A stretch of DNA of 64,000 nt from an uncultured Burkholderiales bacterium (GCA_964443245.1 CAYUEG010000005.1:45-64044); one strand, 5' to 3'; shown: positions 1-9,961, counted from the first letter of the stretch. A program made the numbers and translations. Notes: generated from the sequence alone by a model not told the origin.

Positions 1-198
1 CAGCAGCAGATTGCTCCCGCCCCCCAGAACCAGCAGGGGCAGACCGCGTGCACGTGCCAGCGCCACACCAGCCAGAACATCCGCATCGCTGGTGGCATGT
101 ACCAGGAAACGTGCCTTCGCCTCCAGACCGAAGGTGTTGTAAGCCCGGAGCGAGGCGTCTTCTTCAGTGTGGGCTGCCAGTGGCACGAAGGGGGGCAC
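1..198 (-). CDS. murB: UDP-N-acetylenolpyruvoylglucosamine reductase MurB, N-terminal part (gene runs off the left edge)
   Basis: Not in the ORF track because it is truncated by the window edge. The minus-strand frame ending at nt 1 reads [66 protein letters not shown]. The NTFG...GGGSN pattern matches the MurB FAD-binding N-terminus. The start is uncertain (GTG at 198 or 186). Confidence 0.7.
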   Translation of the reverse strand, partial: MPPFVPLAAHTEEDASLRAYNTFGLEAKARFLVHATSDADVLAGVALARARGLPLLVLGGGSNLLL

Positions 199-371
199 CG
201 CGCCAAGCCGGTGTGCCGCTTTTGCGCAGGATGCAGGGAAAGGTGAGAGTGAAAAATTATAAGGCTGGAGCTTGCGGAGAAACGCCAGGGAAACGTGCGC
301 GAACCGGCACAGCGTTCCAGTTGGCTACAATCACGCCTCCAAGCCCCCGGCAAACCCCTGCGAGGAAGCCC

Positions 372-857
372 ATGCCTTCATTCGACATCGTCTGCGAAGC
401 CAACATGGTCGAAGTGAAGAACGCCGTCGATCAGGCCAACAAGGAAATCACGAATCGCTTTGATTTCAAGGGCACCGACGCCCGCTTCGAACAAAAAGAA
501 CGTGAACTGACCGCCTACGCGGATTCGGATTTTCAGCTGCAGCAAATGCGCGACGTGCTGACCAACAAAATGACCAAGCGCAGCGTGGATGTGCGCTTCC
601 TCGACATCGAGGATGCCCAGAAGATTGGGGGCGACAAAGTCAAGCAGGTCATCAAGGTGCGCAATGGCATTGAGCAGGAACAATCGAAGAAGATCGTGCG
701 TTTGCTCAAGGACAGCAAGATCAAGGTCACTGCCTCGATTCAAGGCGAGGCGGTGCGCGTTTCCGGCGCCAAACGGGACGACCTGCAATCCGCCATCGCG
801 CTGGTGCGCAAGGACGTCACCGAAGTGCCGCTGGCGTTCCAGAATTTCCGGGACTGA
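372..857 (+). CDS. yajQ: YajQ family (UPF0234) nucleotide/cyclic-di-GMP-binding protein
   Basis: ORF 48..857 trimmed to ATG 372 (161 aa). [34 protein letters not shown]... is a full-length YajQ-type sequence. The upstream 108 codons overlap the murB start region and are Arg/Pro-rich noise. Confidence 0.9.
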   Translation: MPSFDIVCEANMVEVKNAVDQANKEITNRFDFKGTDARFEQKERELTAYADSDFQLQQMRDVLTNKMTKRSVDVRFLDIEDAQKIGGDKVKQVIKVRNGIEQEQSKKIVRLLKDSKIKVTASIQGEAVRVSGAKRDDLQSAIALVRKDVTEVPLAFQNFRD

Positions 858-889
858 CGCTCCCTCACGGAAGGCTCTCCCCTTAGCCC

Positions 890-1954
890 ATGCCTATCCC
901 CGCAAACCGTTGGTGGACAAGGCTTCTGGCAGCATTCACCCTGTCGGGCGCAGTGCTGCCGGCGTACGCCACAGACATCAATGTCGTCGGCCTGTTTCCC
1001 GGCAAGGCGCTCGTCTCGATCAACGGTGGCACCCCGCGCACCCTCAGCGTCGGGCAGAAGACTCCGGAAGGCATCACCCTGGTTGCTGTCGGCTCCGATA
1101 CGGCCACCTTTGAGATTGAAGGCAAGCGGCGCCCGTTGCGCCTGGGCCAGCCATTTCATTCCGCCGGCGCTGCCTCCGGGGAGGATGCGATCGTGCTGTC
1201 ACCTGACTCTACCGGCCATTACGTCACCATTGGCGCCATCGATGGCAAAGCGGTCAAGTTCATGGTCGATACCGGTGCCACGGCGGTCGCCATGGGTACC
1301 AATACCGCGGAGCGGCTGGGGATCGCCTATCGAAATGGGCAACCGCTCACGGTCAGCACCGCCAATGGCAAGCAGCCGGCCCATCTGGTCACGCTGTCGC
1401 GCGTGCGCGTCGGTGGCGTCACGCTGGACAATGTCGAAGCCGCTGTCACGCCGGGCATGAATTCCTGGGATGGCGTGCTGCTGGGCATGAGCTTCATCGG
1501 CCGCCTGTCGATGCAGCGCGATGGCCAGACCCTGCGCTTGTCCCGCAAGGAGTCCACCGCCCGGACTGCCAATGACAAACGGGACAAGGTGGTCTTGACC
1601 GAAACGCGCAACGGCATGTTCACCGTTGCGGCAAAAATCAACGGCATCAGCCTGCCGTTCCTGGTGGATACCGGCGCGACGCTGGTATCGCTTGATGCCA
1701 CCCAGGCAGACAGCATCGGTCTGGATTATCGCAAGGGCACACCGGGCTGGAGCAGCACTGCAGGCGGACCGGTACGCACCTGGCGTGTAAAGCTCGATTC
1801 GGTCTCCGTCGGGCCCATCACGCTCTACGGCATCGACAGTGCCGTGCGCGAGGGTCCGGGCACGGGCGGTGTGGGCTTGCTCGGAATGAGTTTCCTGAAT
1901 CGTCTCGAGATGCAGCGCGAGGGCGAAACCCTCACACTGACCAAGCGCTTCTAG
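890..1954 (+). CDS. Secreted retropepsin-like (clan AA, TIGR02281-type) aspartic protease with two tandem protease domains
   Basis: Signal-peptide-like N-terminus (WWTRLLAAFTLSGAVLPAYA). There are two DTGA active-site motifs (FMVDTGATAVAMG at aa 125-135, FLVDTGATLVSLD at aa 258-268). Each is followed by LLGMSF(I/L)xRL, so the two halves are clearly homologous. Confidence 0.8.
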   Translation: MPIPANRWWTRLLAAFTLSGAVLPAYATDINVVGLFPGKALVSINGGTPRTLSVGQKTPEGITLVAVGSDTATFEIEGKRRPLRLGQPFHSAGAASGEDAIVLSPDSTGHYVTIGAIDGKAVKFMVDTGATAVAMGTNTAERLGIAYRNGQPLTVSTANGKQPAHLVTLSRVRVGGVTLDNVEAAVTPGMNSWDGVLLGMSFIGRLSMQRDGQTLRLSRKESTARTANDKRDKVVLTETRNGMFTVAAKINGISLPFLVDTGATLVSLDATQADSIGLDYRKGTPGWSSTAGGPVRTWRVKLDSVSVGPITLYGIDSAVREGPGTGGVGLLGMSFLNRLEMQREGETLTLTKRF

Positions 1955-1982
1955 CCGCCTCCCGCCCCCGGGTGCGCGGCTT

Positions 1983-2798
1983 TCAGTGAGCGCGCTTGTC
2001 GCGCTCAATCACGGCATAAGCCGAATGGTTGTGGATCGATTCAAAGTTCTCGGCTTCCACCGTATAGGCCACCACACGCCCATCGCTGTTGAGTGCAGCG
2101 GCAACATCACGCACCAGGTCCTCGACGAATTTGGGGTTGTCGTAGGCGCGTTCCGTGACGTACTTTTCATCCGGGCGTTTGAGCAAGCCGTAGAGCTCGC
2201 ACGAAGCCTGCCGCTCCACCAGTTCAATGATCTCTTCGATCCACACAAACTCGGTGGTTTCGGCCTTGACGGTGACATGCGAGCGCTGGTTGTGGGCACC
2301 GTAGTCCGAGATTTCCTTGGAGCACGGGCACAGGCTGGTCACTGGCACCAGCACTTCCATTGCGAACTTGGTTTTGCCGTCCTCGATTTCACCGATGAAC
2401 GTGATGTCGTAATCCATCAGACTCCGGACACCCGAAACCGGGGCAGCCTTGTCAATGAAATACGGAAAGCGCATCTCAATGTGCCCGGTTTTCGCTTCCA
2501 GCCGGGTAGCCATCTCGCGGAGCATGACGGCGAAGGATTCCACAGAAATCTCCCGTTCATGCGCATTGAGAATTTCGACAAAGCGCGACATGTGCGTGCC
2601 CTTGAACTCCTGCGGCAGACCCACCGTCATGCTGAAGGTGGCTACGGTTCGCTGGGCGCCGCCACCACGCTCGGCAATCTTCATCGGATGCCGAATCGCG
2701 CGAATGCCCACTTTGTTGATGGCGATATGGCGGGTATCGGCAGAACTTTGCACATCAACCATGGGCTTGGTGCCAAATGCGGAGTCTCGGGTATTCAT
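1983..2798 (-). CDS. folE2: GTP cyclohydrolase FolE2 (GTP cyclohydrolase IB)
   Basis: ORF 1983..2858 trimmed to ATG 2798 ([41 protein letters not shown]...). The sequence has typical FolE2/MptA family features, including the CPCSKEIS motif. Confidence 0.9.
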   Translation of the reverse strand: MNTRDSAFGTKPMVDVQSSADTRHIAINKVGIRAIRHPMKIAERGGGAQRTVATFSMTVGLPQEFKGTHMSRFVEILNAHEREISVESFAVMLREMATRLEAKTGHIEMRFPYFIDKAAPVSGVRSLMDYDITFIGEIEDGKTKFAMEVLVPVTSLCPCSKEISDYGAHNQRSHVTVKAETTEFVWIEEIIELVERQASCELYGLLKRPDEKYVTERAYDNPKFVEDLVRDVAAALNSDGRVVAYTVEAENFESIHNHSAYAVIERDKRAH

Positions 2799-2894
2799 GG
2801 AAGTATCCTTCAGGTGGTGGCGTCGGCGAAAGAGAGTCGACAACCTCCCACAACCCAACAGTGAATTTGCTCGATCAATCGGGAATATCGAGCC

Positions 2895-4793
2895 TTATGC
2901 CGACTTTTTCAACAATGGCGTCAGTGTGGATATACGGGCTTCGATCGACCGGCGGATGCCGGCCGCGTCAAGCCCGACCATTGCCAGCAGTTTTGCCGGA
3001 TCGCCATGGTCGATCACGCGATCGGGCAAGCCCAGCATCAGCAACGGGATCTCGATGCCCGCCGCCTGCAAGGCTTCCGCGCAGGCCGAGCCGGCCCCGC
3101 CGGCGATGACGTTCTCTTCGACCGTCACGACCAGGTCATGCTGCATCGCCATGTCGGTCACCATGGCAGCGTCCAGCGGCTTGACAAAGCGCATGTTGAC
3201 CACGGTGGCATCGAGCTCACCGCCGGCGGACAGGGCTGGCGTGACCATCGAGCCGAAGGCAAGAATCGCCACGCGCCGGCCGACCTTGCCACCGCCACGG
3301 CGACGCACCTCGGCCTTGCCCCAGGGCAACGCAGTCATCTCCTGAACCACCGCCACACCGGGGCCAACACCACGCGGATAGCGCACGGCAACCGTGTGAT
3401 CCTGGAGAAAACCGGTGTAGAGCATCTGACGGCATTCATTCTCGTCCGCGGGAGCCAATACCGATACATCGGGCAGACAGCGCAGGAACGACAAGTCATA
3501 GCTGCCGGCGTGGGTGGCGCCATCCGCACCCACCAGCCCGGCACGGTCAATCGCCAGCAACACCGGCAGGCGCTGCAGCGCGACGTCGTGAATCAATTGA
3601 TCGTAGGCACGTTGCAGAAAAGTCGAGTAGATCGCCACCACCGGCTTGAGCCCCTCGCAGGCCAACCCCGCAGCAAAGGTGACGGCATGCTGCTCGGCGA
3701 TGCCGACGTCGTGGTAACGGTCGGCATACCGTTCCGCGAACTGCACCATGCCGGACCCTTCACGCATCGCGGGTGTAATGCCGATCAGACGCGGGTCTGC
3801 GGCAGCCATGTCGCACAGCCATTCGCCGAAAACCTGCGTGTAGGTGGGTTTCCCGCCCGTCTTGGGTACGATGCCCTGCTTGGGGTCAAACTTGCCCGGA
3901 CCGTGGTACAGCACCGGGTCTGCCTCGGCCAGCTTGTAGCCCTGCCCCTTTTTGGTTACCACGTGGAGGAACTGGGGACCCTTCAGTTCCTTCAGATTCT
4001 CCAGAGTGGGAATAAGGGAATCCAGATCATGTCCGTCAATCGGCCCGATGTAATTGAATCCGAGCTCTTCAAACATGGTGCCCGGTACCACCATGCCTTT
4101 CGCATGTTCCTCGAAGCGCTTGGCCAGTTCCCAAAGCGGCGGCACTACGCCCAGTACCGTCTTGCCTGCCTTGCGCACGGCCGAGTAGACACGCCCGCTC
4201 ATCAGCCGTGCCAGATAGCGGTTGAGGGCACCGACAGGCGGGGAGATCGACATGTCGTTGTCATTCAGAACCACAATCAGGCGAATGTCCTCCTGCACCC
4301 CGGCGTTGTTCATCGCTTCGAACGCCATGCCGGCGGTCATGGCACCATCGCCAATGACGGCGACGGCATAGCGGCCTTCCCCTTTTTGCCTGGCCGCCAC
4401 AGCCATGCCCAGCGCCGCCGAGATCGAAGTGGAAGAATGCGCGGTACCGAAGGTATCGTACGGACTTTCCGAGCGACGCGGAAACCCGGAAATGCCATCA
4501 AGCTGCCGCAGGCTATGCATCCGTTCGCGTCGGCCGGTAAGGATCTTGTGCGGGTAGGTCTGGTGGCCGACGTCCCAGACAATCCGGTCTTCCGGCGTGT
4601 CGAACACGTAATGCAGCGCAATGGTCAGTTCGACCGTACCGAGGTTGGATGACAGGTGGCCGCCGGTTTGTGACACCGACTCCAGCAGGTAGGCACGCAG
4701 TTCGGTCGAGAGCCGAACGAGATCCTCGCGCGGCAGCTTGCGCAGGTCTGCAGGCAGGTTGATGGTCCGTAGCAGTTCGTACATGAGGTTCAA
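2895..4793 (-). CDS. dxs: 1-deoxy-D-xylulose-5-phosphate synthase
   Basis: 632-aa ORF with a GDG(A/S)xT thiamine-diphosphate motif ([19 protein letters not shown]) and full-length Dxs architecture. The start is either TTG 4793 (overlapping the ispA stop) or ATG 4784. Confidence 0.95.
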   Translation of the reverse strand: MNLMYELLRTINLPADLRKLPREDLVRLSTELRAYLLESVSQTGGHLSSNLGTVELTIALHYVFDTPEDRIVWDVGHQTYPHKILTGRRERMHSLRQLDGISGFPRRSESPYDTFGTAHSSTSISAALGMAVAARQKGEGRYAVAVIGDGAMTAGMAFEAMNNAGVQEDIRLIVVLNDNDMSISPPVGALNRYLARLMSGRVYSAVRKAGKTVLGVVPPLWELAKRFEEHAKGMVVPGTMFEELGFNYIGPIDGHDLDSLIPTLENLKELKGPQFLHVVTKKGQGYKLAEADPVLYHGPGKFDPKQGIVPKTGGKPTYTQVFGEWLCDMAAADPRLIGITPAMREGSGMVQFAERYADRYHDVGIAEQHAVTFAAGLACEGLKPVVAIYSTFLQRAYDQLIHDVALQRLPVLLAIDRAGLVGADGATHAGSYDLSFLRCLPDVSVLAPADENECRQMLYTGFLQDHTVAVRYPRGVGPGVAVVQEMTALPWGKAEVRRRGGGKVGRRVAILAFGSMVTPALSAGGELDATVVNMRFVKPLDAAMVTDMAMQHDLVVTVEENVIAGGAGSACAEALQAAGIEIPLLMLGLPDRVIDHGDPAKLLAMVGLDAAGIRRSIEARISTLTPLLKKSA

Positions 4794-5704
4794 AAGCTTC
4801 GCTGCGCGATGAACTGCGCCATGTCCGCCAGGCGCTGGCCGCGCGCGCCGAACGGTTGCACTGCCGCCAGCGCTTCCTGGAGCAGTTCCTGTGCCTTGCC
4901 GCGTGCAGGACCCAGGCCAAGCAGCGAAACATAAGTGGGTTTGTCGTGTAGCTGGTCTTTTCCCGCTGTCTTGCCCAGAGTAGCCGTTTCTTCGGTGGCA
5001 TCAAGAATGTCATCGACCACCTGAAACAGAAGCCCGATGCATTTGGCATAGCGGTCGAGCCTGGCACGCGCGGAAGGCGCCAGCGGGTGCCCGCACAGCG
5101 CCCCCATCAGTACCGAAGCACGAATCAGCGCCCCGGTTTTCTGGATATGCATCATCTCGAGTTCGGCTTCGGTAACGGACTTGCCCACGGCATCCAGATC
5201 GATCTGCTGTCCGCCGCACATGCCCAGCGAGCCGGACGCGTGCCCCAGAATCTCGATCATCTCCAGCTGGGCCGCCGCATCCGGCGCCGCGCGCCGCGCC
5301 GCCAGCACCCACATCGCCTGTGCCTGCAGGGCATCACCCGCAAGGATTGCGGTGGCCTCATCAAATTCGACATGCACCGTGGGCTTGCCCCTTCTCAGCA
5401 CGTCATCGTCCATCGAGGGCAAATCGTCATGGATCAGCGAGTAGCCATGCACCATCTCGACCGCAGCGGCAGGAATCTCGAGCGCCCGCTGATCCGCCTC
5501 GACCAGTTCGCCCGCAGCAAACACCAGCAACGGGCGCACCCGTTTGCCACCGCCGAGCACGGCATAGCGCATGGCGTCGTGCAAGCGGGTCGGCGCTGCC
5601 GATACCGGCGGCAGCAACTCCGCAAGGACGGCTTCCATGCGAACCTGCAGGTCCTGCGTCCAGAACGAAAACTGCACCGCAGCCGGCGCCGAAGCCATGT
5701 TCAT
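4790..5704 (-). CDS. ispA: Farnesyl diphosphate synthase / geranyltranstransferase
   Basis: 304 aa with the two Asp-rich prenyltransferase motifs ([12 protein letters not shown] and FQVVDDILD). Its start overlaps the xseB stop by 4 nt. Confidence 0.9.
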   Translation of the reverse strand: MNMASAPAAVQFSFWTQDLQVRMEAVLAELLPPVSAAPTRLHDAMRYAVLGGGKRVRPLLVFAAGELVEADQRALEIPAAAVEMVHGYSLIHDDLPSMDDDVLRRGKPTVHVEFDEATAILAGDALQAQAMWVLAARRAAPDAAAQLEMIEILGHASGSLGMCGGQQIDLDAVGKSVTEAELEMMHIQKTGALIRASVLMGALCGHPLAPSARARLDRYAKCIGLLFQVVDDILDATEETATLGKTAGKDQLHDKPTYVSLLGLGPARGKAQELLQEALAAVQPFGARGQRLADMAQFIAQRSF

Positions 5705-5961
5705 GCTTCGTCTTCCAGATCGAGTGGCTTGAGGGTACCCTCCTCCAGCACCCTGACCTGCTGCTCGACTGCCTTGAGTCGCGCATGCGCCGCCTTGACC
5801 AGCTCAACACCGCGCTGGTAACGCTTGAGTGATTCTTCAAGGGGCATCTCGCCCGACTCCATCGCATCGACAATGGCTTCGAGTTCACGCATCGCGTCCT
5901 CGAAAGGAAGATCGCCTGGATTGGCGGCCTGTTTCGGCATGGCTTTTCTGCTGTGGGTCAA
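5701..5961 (-). CDS. xseB: Exodeoxyribonuclease VII small subunit
   Basis: 86 aa. FEDAMRELEAIVDAMESGEMPLEESLKRYQRGVELVKAAHARL is typical of XseB. It sits in the conserved xseB-ispA-dxs order. An alternative start is ATG 5940. Confidence 0.9.
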   Translation of the reverse strand: MTHSRKAMPKQAANPGDLPFEDAMRELEAIVDAMESGEMPLEESLKRYQRGVELVKAAHARLKAVEQQVRVLEEGTLKPLDLEDEA

Positions 5962-5991
5962 TCGACCGCAAGGAATTCTCTGGAACTGGGT

Positions 5992-6017
5992 ATTTTACCC
6001 GTCTGAAAGGGTAAAAT
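5992..6017. promoter_or_regulatory. 9-bp perfect inverted repeat (ATTTTACCC-N8-GGGTAAAAT) in the divergent xseB/Rieske intergenic region
   Basis: Read directly: attttaccc gtctgaaa gggtaaaat. It is an AT-rich island in a GC-rich intergenic region, about 107 nt upstream of the Rieske ATG and about 31 nt upstream of xseB. Function is unknown (operator or leader hairpin). Confidence 0.4.
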
Positions 6018-6123
6018 GCCGATTCTGCACGTCGAAAGTAGCTCTTTAAGACGAAATCGGCTTTCAGTTCGAGGTTTCTCTTCGGGTGCGCAAGCACTTT
6101 GGACTCTGGGAGGAATTTGCATC

Positions 6124-7236
6124 ATGTCGGACTTGGGGCTCGCCCATCAATTGCAGCCGGCGCAATCACAATTGCCGGTAACCTGGTACCACACGCAAGC
6201 GCAGTTCGAGCTGGAACTGCAAACCGTTTTCAAGAATGCCCCGCAGTATGTGGGCCATGAACTCATGGTGCCGAATGAGGGCGATTTCCACTCCATTGGG
6301 TGGATGAATGACGCCCTGGCGCTGGTGCGCAATCCCAAGGGCGTCGAGTTGCTGTCGAACGTCTGCCGTCATCGCCAGGCCATCATGCTCAACGGCCGTG
6401 GCAATCTTGCGCCCAGTGCCGGCAACATCGTCTGTCCGGTACACCGCTGGACCTACAACCCGGAAGGCAAGCTGCTGGGGGCTCCGTACTTCGGCGCCAA
6501 CCCCTGCCTGGATCTGCATAAGGTCCCGGTGCAGAACTGGAACGGACTCCTGTTCAGGGGGCGGCGCCCGATCGCCGCCGACATGGCCGGTCTTGAAGTG
6601 CTTTCAGACCTCAACTTCGAGGGCTATCTGCTCGATCGCGTCGAGATCCACGAGTGTGATTACAACTGGAAGACCTTCATTGAGGTCTACCTCGAGGATT
6701 ATCACGTCGAGCCGTTCCATCCAGGCCTGGGGCAATTCGTCTCCTGCGACGATCTCCGATGGCAGTTTTCGGAGCGGTTTTCGGTACAGACGGTGGGGAT
6801 CAACAACCGTCTGGCCAAACCGGGCAGCGAAAAATATCGCGCGTGGCACGAGCAGGTGCTCAAGTACCGCAACGGTACCCCGCCCGAGCATGGCGCGATC
6901 TGGCTGACGATCTACCCCAACATCATGGTGGAGTGGTATCCCCACGTGCTGGTGGTATCGCACCTGATCCCGCGCGGGCCGCAGAAAACCACCAACGTGG
7001 TCGAGTTCTACTATCCGGAAGACATCGTGTTGTTCGAGCGTGAATTCATCGAAGCCGAACAGGCCGCCTACATGGAGACCTGCCTGGAGGATGACGAGAT
7101 CGCGCTGCGGATGGATGCCGGGCGGCGTGCACTGATGGAGCAGGGCTTGAACCAGGTCGGCCCCTACCAGACACCCATGGAAGATGGGATGCAGCATTTC
7201 CACGAGTACCTGCGCCGCGAATTGCAGACGCCCTAG
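6124..7236 (+). CDS. Rieske [2Fe-2S] non-haem-iron oxygenase, alpha-subunit type (substrate unknown)
   Basis: ORF 6016..7236 trimmed to ATG 6124, which is preceded by GGGAGG. It has the Rieske motif CRHRQ...CPVHRW and a C-terminal catalytic domain of ring-hydroxylating oxygenase alpha-subunit length. No beta subunit or reductase lies nearby. Confidence 0.8.
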   Translation: MSDLGLAHQLQPAQSQLPVTWYHTQAQFELELQTVFKNAPQYVGHELMVPNEGDFHSIGWMNDALALVRNPKGVELLSNVCRHRQAIMLNGRGNLAPSAGNIVCPVHRWTYNPEGKLLGAPYFGANPCLDLHKVPVQNWNGLLFRGRRPIAADMAGLEVLSDLNFEGYLLDRVEIHECDYNWKTFIEVYLEDYHVEPFHPGLGQFVSCDDLRWQFSERFSVQTVGINNRLAKPGSEKYRAWHEQVLKYRNGTPPEHGAIWLTIYPNIMVEWYPHVLVVSHLIPRGPQKTTNVVEFYYPEDIVLFEREFIEAEQAAYMETCLEDDEIALRMDAGRRALMEQGLNQVGPYQTPMEDGMQHFHEYLRRELQTP

Positions 7237-8124
7237 ATGCAATCCCTGTGGATGCTGCTGGCGGCGCTGCTGTTCGCGGTCATCGGTGTCACCATCAAGT
7301 TTGCAGCTGCCGCAGGCTACGGCACGGCGGAGCTGGTTTTCTACCGCTCGGTAATCGGCTGCATGCTGGCCACTGCCGCCATGGCGGTACTGCGCATCCC
7401 GATCCGCACTGCGCACGCTGCCGCGCACCTCAAACGCGGTGTCGCCAGCACCGTTGCGATCAGCGCCTTCATGTATGCCGTGGTGCATCTGCCTCTCTCG
7501 ACCGCGGTCACCCTCAATTTCACCGCGCCCCTTTGGGTGGCTCTGATCCTCGCGCTGGTGTTCGGCGAGAACCTCTCGCGCATCATGCTGGTGGCCCTGG
7601 CGATTGGCTTCATCGGCATCGTGCTGTTGCTGCAACCTGTCTTCACGCCAGACAAACGTTTTGACGTCACCATTGGACTGCTCTCGGGCACGGCAGCAGC
7701 CATTGGCGTGCTGAATGTGCGCCGACTAGGCGGGCTGGGAGAACCGGACCTGCGGATCTTCTGGTGGTTTACCGCCATCATCAGCCTCGCCTCCGGCGTC
7801 TGGCTGGTCCTCGTCGGCGGATGGAAAAGCCACAGCATGGAGGGGGCAGGCTGGGTACTTGCGATGGCTTTTGCCGCCACCGCAGGACAGCTTGCCCAAA
7901 CCCGTGCGTATTCGCACGGCAAGGCCTTGCTGGCCGCCAATCTCTCCTACGCGGCAGTGCCTTTCTCGGCCCTGGCCGGCGTACTTCTCTACGACGACCG
8001 CATCCCGGCCACTGGCTGGCTGGCGATGGGCATGGTCATTCTCAGCGGTATCATGGCCACATGGCGCACCCGCCGCGGGGAAGCCAAAACTGCCATGCCC
8101 GAGCCGCCCAATCCCAGCACCTGA
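7237..8124 (+). CDS. DMT superfamily (EamA-like) transporter
   Basis: 295 aa with about 10 hydrophobic segments and the duplicated EamA-type pattern. The ATG directly abuts the TAG stop of the Rieske gene. Confidence 0.8.
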   Translation: MQSLWMLLAALLFAVIGVTIKFAAAAGYGTAELVFYRSVIGCMLATAAMAVLRIPIRTAHAAAHLKRGVASTVAISAFMYAVVHLPLSTAVTLNFTAPLWVALILALVFGENLSRIMLVALAIGFIGIVLLLQPVFTPDKRFDVTIGLLSGTAAAIGVLNVRRLGGLGEPDLRIFWWFTAIISLASGVWLVLVGGWKSHSMEGAGWVLAMAFAATAGQLAQTRAYSHGKALLAANLSYAAVPFSALAGVLLYDDRIPATGWLAMGMVILSGIMATWRTRRGEAKTAMPEPPNPST

Positions 8125-8139
8125 CCCCGATCGAGACCC

Positions 8140-8994
8140 ATGACCTACACGACCATCATCTCCACCGAAGTACTGGCCACCCATCTGCATGACCCGAACT
8201 GGGTGATCCTCGACAGCCAGCACGACCTGATGAATCCTGCCCACGGCCGCGATGCTTATGCGGCCGGGCATATTCCGGGGGCACGCTTCATTTCGGTGGA
8301 TGACGATGTATCCGACCATGCGATCACCGGGCGGGGACGGCATCCACTGCCGACACCCCCCATCATGTCGGCAGTGTTTTCGCGCCTCGGCATTGACGCC
8401 GGCAAGCAGGTGGTGGTGTATGACGGCAGCTCGGGTTCATCGGCCGGACGCACATGGTGGTGCCTGCGCTGGCTGGGCCATCAGGCAGTAGCCATACTGG
8501 ATGGCGGCATCACGCTGTGGAAGTCCGAGGGGCGACCCTTGTCCACCGAATTGCCCTCCTGGAAGCCGGCACAATTCGTCGGTCAACCCAACCAGCAGAT
8601 GAAAGTGGACACGGCCACCGTGCTGGCGAACATGCGTAATCCGGATGCGCCAATGCTCGACGCACGCGCGCCGGAACGCTACGACGGCTCCGCCGAGACA
8701 ATCGATCCGGTGGGCGGCCACATTCCAGGCGCGATCAACCGCTTCTGGAAAATGAACGTCGGCGCGGACGGCAGGTTCAAGAGCGCCGAGACGCTGCGAC
8801 GCGAATTCTCCGATTTGCTGGGTACGGTGCCGCCATCGCACATGATTCATCAGTGCGGTTCCGGTGTGAGCGCTTGCCACAACCTGATCGCCATGGAAAT
8901 TGCCGGCCTTGCCGGCGGCAAGTTGTACCCCGGTTCGTGGAGCGAATGGTGCAGTGATCCGGAAAGGCCGGTGGCCACCGGCTCCGCCCCCTGA
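8140..8994 (+). CDS. sseA: Two-domain rhodanese sulfurtransferase, 3-mercaptopyruvate sulfurtransferase type
   Basis: 284 aa. It has HIPGA motifs in both halves and the active-site loop CGSGVSACH (CGSGV type = MST-like). Confidence 0.85.
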   Translation: MTYTTIISTEVLATHLHDPNWVILDSQHDLMNPAHGRDAYAAGHIPGARFISVDDDVSDHAITGRGRHPLPTPPIMSAVFSRLGIDAGKQVVVYDGSSGSSAGRTWWCLRWLGHQAVAILDGGITLWKSEGRPLSTELPSWKPAQFVGQPNQQMKVDTATVLANMRNPDAPMLDARAPERYDGSAETIDPVGGHIPGAINRFWKMNVGADGRFKSAETLRREFSDLLGTVPPSHMIHQCGSGVSACHNLIAMEIAGLAGGKLYPGSWSEWCSDPERPVATGSAP

Positions 8995-9011
8995 GCAGAC
9001 GTCATCGATGC

Positions 9012-9044
9012 GCGCAAGAATGGCTCCAGGAGCCATTCTTGCGC
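9012..9044. repeat. 33-bp perfect palindrome GCGCAAGAATGGCTCC-A-GGAGCCATTCTTGCGC
   Basis: Read directly. The 16-nt arms are exact reverse complements around a single central base. It lies 18 nt after the sseA stop and 39 nt before the next start. No T-run follows on either strand. Confidence 0.85.
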
Positions 9045-9082
9045 AATCCACCCGCCTTTCAGAAACCGAGGAACTGATCGTC

Positions 9083-9862
9083 ATGAGCCGCCCAACCAAG
9101 CCCATCCGGACCGAAACCGGTCACAGCACCGCCGACTCGATCACCGTGTACGGCAAGAATCTTTGTACCGAAGTGATTGGCAAGGTCAATCTGGGCGACA
9201 TGGGCTTCCTCGGGCTCACCGGCCGCCTGCCGACACCCCAGGAATCAGCCGTCTTCAACGCCATCACCGTCACGCTGGTGGAACACGGCATTACGCCTTC
9301 CGCCATCGCCGCGCGCCAGACCATCCTCGGTGCGCCCGAATCGCTGCAGGGGGCCGTCGCTGCCGGTCTGTTGGGCCTGGGCAACGTGTTCGTCGGCTCG
9401 ATGGACGCCGTGGCCAATCTTCTGACGCGGACCCTCAAGGACGCCGGCGATACACCCGACTACACCGCACTCGCCAAGGCCATCGTAGACGACTACGCCG
9501 CGCGCAGGGCCATCATCCCCGGGATCGGCCACCCGATCCACAAGCCGGTGGACCCGCGTGTACCCGTGCTGTTCCGCGTCGCGGCAGAGAATGGCTTCTC
9601 TGGTCGATACGTCAAGCTGATGCAGGCGGTGCATGCAGAAGCACAATCGCGCACCACCAAGGTGTTGCCGATGAATGCCACTGCGGCGATCGGCGCAATC
9701 GCCTGCGAACTGGGGATTGAGGCGCGCGTGGTGCGCGGCCTGGGCGTGATGGCACGTGCCGTCGGCCTGGTGAGCCACATCCTCGAAGAAACCCGCAACC
9801 CGATGGCCGATGAAGTATGGCATCGCACCGAGGAAGCGGCCACTGCACACAAGCGTGCCTGA
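9083..9862 (+). CDS. Citrate synthase-superfamily small protein (citryl-CoA lyase-like)
   Basis: ORF 8900..9862 trimmed to ATG 9083 (GAGGAA upstream), giving 259 aa. GIGHPIHKPVDPRV is the citrate-synthase-family catalytic His/Asp motif. The length matches the short citryl-CoA lyase-like group. Confidence 0.7.
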   Translation: MSRPTKPIRTETGHSTADSITVYGKNLCTEVIGKVNLGDMGFLGLTGRLPTPQESAVFNAITVTLVEHGITPSAIAARQTILGAPESLQGAVAAGLLGLGNVFVGSMDAVANLLTRTLKDAGDTPDYTALAKAIVDDYAARRAIIPGIGHPIHKPVDPRVPVLFRVAAENGFSGRYVKLMQAVHAEAQSRTTKVLPMNATAAIGAIACELGIEARVVRGLGVMARAVGLVSHILEETRNPMADEVWHRTEEAATAHKRA

Positions 9863-9961
9863 GCCACTGTGCGCACAGCGCCGGGCGATCAGACCACCTG
9901 CTCAACACGCCTTGCGTTGTCGCTTCCGTACCCGATGAAACCAGATCGCCGCACAGGACCG

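Noticed and set aside
48-371. N-terminal 108 codons of ORF 48..857
   Set aside because: YajQ homology starts at Met 372. The upstream part overlaps the murB 5' end on the other strand and is Arg/Pro-rich.
3006-4652. 548-aa plus-strand ORF
   Set aside because: It is antisense to dxs, which has unambiguous motifs. Its composition is noise-like.
6604-7635. 343-aa minus-strand ORF spanning the Rieske/DMT junction
   Set aside because: It is antisense to two genes with clear features (a Rieske catalytic domain and a polytopic transporter). It is His/Arg/Asp-rich noise.
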